DNA of 60,236 nt from a virus (Duplodnaviria > Caudoviricetes), in IMG/VR virus record IMGVR_UViG_3300017714_002351, positions 1 to 60,236 of that record; one strand, 5' to 3'. Below the pieces are notes generated by a model, which saw only the letters and a list, made by a program, of their open reading frames with translations, made no database searches and was not told where the DNA came from. This document shows positions 56,467 to 60,236 of the stretch, one piece after another (position 1 is the first letter of the stretch; every line of letters starts with the position of its first letter). The position numbers and the translations under genes were made by a program.

Positions 56467-56802
56467 ATGGTAACACAAATTAAGTTCTGGCATTGGCTAG
56501 GTAGACTAGCACCGATGGTTACACTACTAGGATTATGTTTATCCCTTTGGTTAGGTCCAGACAGTTGGACAGACTACTTAATCATATCAATCGCAGTATC
56601 ATTTGGAATCATAGCATTTGCTTGGTGGTGGTGGGTAATAATTGCTGTCAAAGATTTAACAGATATGCTGAAAAAGAATCAAGAAGACTTCATAAAGGTA
56701 ATTGATGATATCGGTAAATTACGAACTGATATGTCTAAAAGCCGTAAACCTAGAGTCGCACATAACGATCCAGATAAAGATCTAAATAAACCTAAAGATT
56801 AA
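56467..56802 (+). CDS. Two-TM membrane protein (holin-like candidate)
   Basis: Two TMs, WWWW, charged C-terminus. Confidence 0.5.
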   Translation: MVTQIKFWHWLGRLAPMVTLLGLCLSLWLGPDSWTDYLIISIAVSFGIIAFAWWWWVIIAVKDLTDMLKKNQEDFIKVIDDIGKLRTDMSKSRKPRVAHNDPDKDLNKPKD

Positions 56803-56936
56803 TTTTTAGGTTCGTTATACTCAGCTGTTGGCTTAGGCAGAGGTTGAGTATTATTGTGTTCTTGTCTCATCTCACTATCATCTCCCTTTGGCATTGTACC
56901 ATCTGGTTGTCGAAGTTTTTCTTTATCCTGATCCAA
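56799..56936 (-). CDS. 45-aa hypothetical protein (not in ORF track)
   Basis: GGAGGG RBS, TTG start, MDQDKEKLRQPDGTMPKG... Confidence 0.5.
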   Translation of the reverse strand: MDQDKEKLRQPDGTMPKGDDSEMRQEHNNTQPLPKPTAEYNEPKN

Positions 56937-58581
56937 GTGTTAACCCTCCTCTTGCATTGTAATATCCTGCCAAGCTCATATCTTTAGTTTGTCGTTTTAT
57001 GTTCTGATTGCCGTTGGCACTAGTTGTTAATTCATCTGATTTGAAATTTGCAAAGTTGTAATTTGAATGTCCTTGGATTGCACTTGCGGCCGTGTTTGTA
57101 TGTGCAACACCACCCGTACCACCTTGGTTGTATCCGTATCTAAAATATTCTGGTACTATTCTTAATATTCCAGGTAGATAGTAACGAAAGTCAACTGAGT
57201 CAGCATTAACGTCACAGTATAGATATGGATAATCTTCGCCCGTATCTAAGGTGTCATGAAAGTATGCTTCTGTATCAGTCTTGATCTTGTTCAGTGCATC
57301 TGTTTGGCTTGACCCATCTTCAAAGATATAATTTCTATAGCCTAGGGTTGTTTCAGTACCGCTATTAACAGGAGTGAAATAAAATGTTATTTTAAGCCAT
57401 GTTGGAAATCCATAATTCTGTCTATTGAATGTTTCAAAACACCCTGTTGGAGTTCCTCCACTAGGGACCGTGTGTGCGTTTGTAAATTGACCACCACTGT
57501 CTGCCCATAACAGGCTTCCTAGTCTGTTTTTAGACCCTGCTGGAAAACCAGTTGAATCTGACATTGAGTATTTAAAAAGTAAAACATACCCACCAGTGTT
57601 GTTTACGAATGTATGGTTAAGTGTTGCTCCACTGTTGCTCATTTGTAGTGTAACGTTTTCTGAGGTGCCGGCATAGTTAGGAGCTCTTGCTGTGTTATAA
57701 CCTGCCGAGCTGGCTATGTAATTAGCTACGTTGGTTGCATTATTATTACTGCCGTTTAGAAATGTTCCTGATCCGTTTGTATAACCAGTGTTGTTTGTCC
57801 ATGCAACATTCCTAAAATTATCAAATGTAAATTGTTTTGCAGAACTGTCCCAGGCGGCATCATAGAGATTTAGATAATAGTAATGCCAAGTTCCACCACT
57901 AGCTATCGTAGGTAGTGCCGTCATAACCTGACTGAAGTCTACACTTCCTCCATTAGGAACAATAACTCCGTTGTCTGTATCTAAGATGTTGCTCACAGTG
58001 GTGATCTTTGTGTTAACTGATCCTCCTACAAATCCTCCTGCGTCTGAAAAGGTAAAATTTGCCTTACCATAAAGGTAGTCAACTGCGGTTGTGGTATTTC
58101 CTGGGTCTTCAACAATCTGAATAGGAACTGCCGTTGAGGCTGTTGTGGTATCTGATTTTAGATATCCATTTACCCATCCACCTGTAGTAGATGTAAAGCC
58201 TGCATCTGAACCATCTATCACCATTATGCTATCAACACCTGCGCCGTTATTAGTAACTCCCGTGTTAAGTAAATTGTTGTTACCTGGGGCTGTGGTCGTA
58301 CTAAAATACAAGTTACCATCATTCCATATTCCTGACCTAAGAATTAATACTAACTTCGAATCGGTGTTTATGTTAATAAAGTCTACATCTCCACCACCAA
58401 CTTGTAACTTGTTATTAACCGTGTTCTTACTTACTGTGAATATAGTGTAGTTAGGTCCGCCACTGGTTTTGGAAGAGTTGTGATTTGATGCTCTGAATTC
58501 TGATAATGATATAGGATTAGATCCTCCGAATTCTGCTTGGAGGTCTGCAAAACTTATCTGTCCACTGCTAGGTAGTGCCAT
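56923..58581 (-). CDS. Tail-fibre tip/receptor-binding protein (putative)
   Basis: N-terminal MALPSSGQISFADLQAEFGGSNPISLSEF module; follows chaperone-bearing fibre; Asn/Thr/Gly-rich. Confidence 0.65.
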   Translation of the reverse strand: MALPSSGQISFADLQAEFGGSNPISLSEFRASNHNSSKTSGGPNYTIFTVSKNTVNNKLQVGGGDVDFININTDSKLVLILRSGIWNDGNLYFSTTTAPGNNNLLNTGVTNNGAGVDSIMVIDGSDAGFTSTTGGWVNGYLKSDTTTASTAVPIQIVEDPGNTTTAVDYLYGKANFTFSDAGGFVGGSVNTKITTVSNILDTDNGVIVPNGGSVDFSQVMTALPTIASGGTWHYYYLNLYDAAWDSSAKQFTFDNFRNVAWTNNTGYTNGSGTFLNGSNNNATNVANYIASSAGYNTARAPNYAGTSENVTLQMSNSGATLNHTFVNNTGGYVLLFKYSMSDSTGFPAGSKNRLGSLLWADSGGQFTNAHTVPSGGTPTGCFETFNRQNYGFPTWLKITFYFTPVNSGTETTLGYRNYIFEDGSSQTDALNKIKTDTEAYFHDTLDTGEDYPYLYCDVNADSVDFRYYLPGILRIVPEYFRYGYNQGGTGGVAHTNTAASAIQGHSNYNFANFKSDELTTSANGNQNIKRQTKDMSLAGYYNARGGLTLGSG

Positions 58582-58584
58582 CTG

Positions 58585-60236
58585 TTACCCCTTGGATTTC
58601 AATTCGTTTACTTCTTTTCTTAATTCTTTGATTGCTTCTACCAATAGTCCTACTAACTTATCGTATTGTATACCTAGGTATCCATCTTTTTTCTCACGCA
58701 CCACTTCTGGTAATACCTGTAGCACGTCTTGAGCAATTAATCCTGTGTCGTGTTTCTTAATGAAGTATCCGTCTTCTCCACCACGTTCTTCAATGTAAGA
58801 GTCACACCAATCAAACCTTACACCTTTTAACTTGGCTACCCTGTCTAGTGCATTTGGAATGTTAACAATATTTTCTTTTAGTCTACTGTCTGATGTATAG
58901 TATCCTGTGATGTTATTAGTAGCTCTGATCTCTCCAGCAGTTCCTGAAGCGGCAGTTCCTATTCCTATGCTTCCCATTTGTACGTTGTCATCATTGTCAA
59001 CGCCTAGTAGTTTACGTTGTGAACCTGCGGCATTACCAACGTTTGTAGCACCAAGGAATGTTCTTCCTATTGAGCCTAGTGTAAATGTACCAGCAGTATT
59101 TGAACCCGTAAAATATATTCCTGTGTCAGCCGCGGAAGTTAATCCTGCTAGTGCGTCTAAGTCTGCGTCCCAGGCCTGTAAGTTTGTGCCAATGGTCCAA
59201 TCAAAAGTGATGTTACCTGTCAATCCTGATAATGACAGTGGTGATGAAACACTTACAGGTACCGTACCGCCGGCATCTGGAAATGTTATGAATCTAGCAC
59301 CAGTAACAGATGCTGGAGCCTGTAATGTAATTTTATGTGTTCCGTTGTTTGTTCCTTCTAAAAACTCAATCTTACCACCAGTAGTAGCAGTTGGAGACAA
59401 AATAGGATTAGTTAACGTTTTGTTTGTAAGTGTATCAGTAGTTGCTCTACCTACTACTTCATCTCCTGTGATTGCAGTATTAAGTTCTGCAAAGGTTCCT
59501 GAGAGTGTATTGGTAGTTAAACTAATTGACTTGTTTGTAAATGTATCTGTTGTATCTCTACCAACTAACGTTGCGTCACTAACTGCGGTATTAAGTTCTG
59601 CTAGTGTACCTGTTACTGTATTAGTAGTTAAGCTGATTGACTTGTTTGTAAATGTATCTGTTGTTGCCTTACCAACTAGTGTATCTGTTGCGGCTGGCAA
59701 TGTAATAGTTACATCGGCAGTACTTGCAGGACCTATTAGTGTTGCTTTGTTAGTGCCGTTGTTTGTTCCTTCTAAAAACTCAACCTTACCGCCTGTTGTA
59801 GCAGTAGGAGATAGAATAGGATCAGTTAATGTTTTGTTTGTGAGTGTTTGCGTTGCCGCAATACCAACAAGTGTTTCGTCACTAACCGCAGTATTAAATT
59901 CCGCAAAGGTTCCTGTTACAGTATTAGTAGTTAAACTAATTGACTTGTTTGTAAGTGTATCAGTTGTATCTTTACCTACAAGTGTGTCTGTGCTTGTTGG
60001 TAATGTAATTGTTCCTGTGTTTGAAATAGAACTAATTACAGGAGTTGTTAATGTTTTGTTTGTTAAAATCTGTGAATCGTTAAGTGTTAACACACTTGAA
60101 TCTATTGCGTATGAAACTGTGTCAGTACCTGCCGTTGTTGTAATGTCAATACCTGTGCCACCTACAAGTGTAAGTAGATCAGCAATGGTATCTGCTACGA
60201 CATCAGTTTGACCTGATACCCTAATTGTTTTAAATG
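58585..60236 (-). CDS. Tail fibre with C-terminal intramolecular chaperone (peptidase S74), 5' truncated
   Basis: Frame open to window end; TLTNK repeats; SDSRLKENI, GLIAQDV, YDKLVGLLVEAIKEL. Confidence 0.88.
   Translation of the reverse strand, partial: FKTIRVSGQTDVVADTIADLLTLVGGTGIDITTTAGTDTVSYAIDSSVLTLNDSQILTNKTLTTPVISSISNTGTITLPTSTDTLVGKDTTDTLTNKSISLTTNTVTGTFAEFNTAVSDETLVGIAATQTLTNKTLTDPILSPTATTGGKVEFLEGTNNGTNKATLIGPASTADVTITLPAATDTLVGKATTDTFTNKSISLTTNTVTGTLAELNTAVSDATLVGRDTTDTFTNKSISLTTNTLSGTFAELNTAITGDEVVGRATTDTLTNKTLTNPILSPTATTGGKIEFLEGTNNGTHKITLQAPASVTGARFITFPDAGGTVPVSVSSPLSLSGLTGNITFDWTIGTNLQAWDADLDALAGLTSAADTGIYFTGSNTAGTFTLGSIGRTFLGATNVGNAAGSQRKLLGVDNDDNVQMGSIGIGTAASGTAGEIRATNNITGYYTSDSRLKENIVNIPNALDRVAKLKGVRFDWCDSYIEERGGEDGYFIKKHDTGLIAQDVLQVLPEVVREKKDGYLGIQYDKLVGLLVEAIKELRKEVNELKSKG
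59340..60070 (-). repeat. Internal repeats of the tail fibre
   Basis: Repeated TTDT(L/F)TNKSISLTTNT and ILSPTATTGGKxEFLEGTNNGT units, also similar at nucleotide level. Confidence 0.85.

Noticed and set aside
59340-60070. Diversity-generating retroelement template/variable repeats
   Set aside because: Repeats are in-frame fibre units, and no reverse transcriptase is present in the window
58907-60211. 434-aa + strand ORF
   Set aside because: Antisense shadow of the Thr-rich repetitive tail fibre
1-60236. Bacterial chromosome or prophage interpretation; alternative genetic code
   Set aside because: Metabolic genes are isolated among phage structural genes with T4-type late promoters, no integrase is seen, and conserved genes are full length under the standard code

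Overview
A 60 kb, AT-rich segment of a large T4-like (myovirus-type) phage genome. The host is most likely a marine alphaproteobacterium, inferred from the Shemin-pathway ALA synthase, the circularly permuted two-piece tmRNA, the PqqA type and a ROSE-like thermometer. Core phage functions present: NrdA/NrdB/glutaredoxin, ATP-dependent DNA ligase, PD-(D/E)XK exonuclease, PAAR protein, tail-fibre genes, and a block of putative internal head proteins with T4-like N-terminal capsid-targeting sequences. Auxiliary genes are dense: hemA, heme oxygenase, PcyX/PcyA-type bilin reductase, flavin halogenase, AlkB, PqqA, a Rieske-less ring-hydroxylating oxygenase, many 2OG-Fe(II) oxygenases, NifU, GuaC, Hsp20, ClpS, ClpP, CspA, Fis-like and Hc1-like proteins, and two bS21. 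RNA genes are four tRNAs (including a rare Arg-GCG) and the tmRNA. Signals not explained by routine annotation: (1) a structured 5' leader with three covarying UGACG-stem-MAAAGM hairpin modules ahead of a four-gene small-protein operon; (2) a pol-beta nucleotidyltransferase plus ligase-like pair, both carrying capsid-targeting-like N-termini; (3) a probable programmed -1 frameshift at A_AAA_AAG; (4) systematically leaderless late genes (TAAATA-N5-ATG); (5) a 29-residue tmRNA tag. All family assignments come from motif recognition by eye; no database searches were run.
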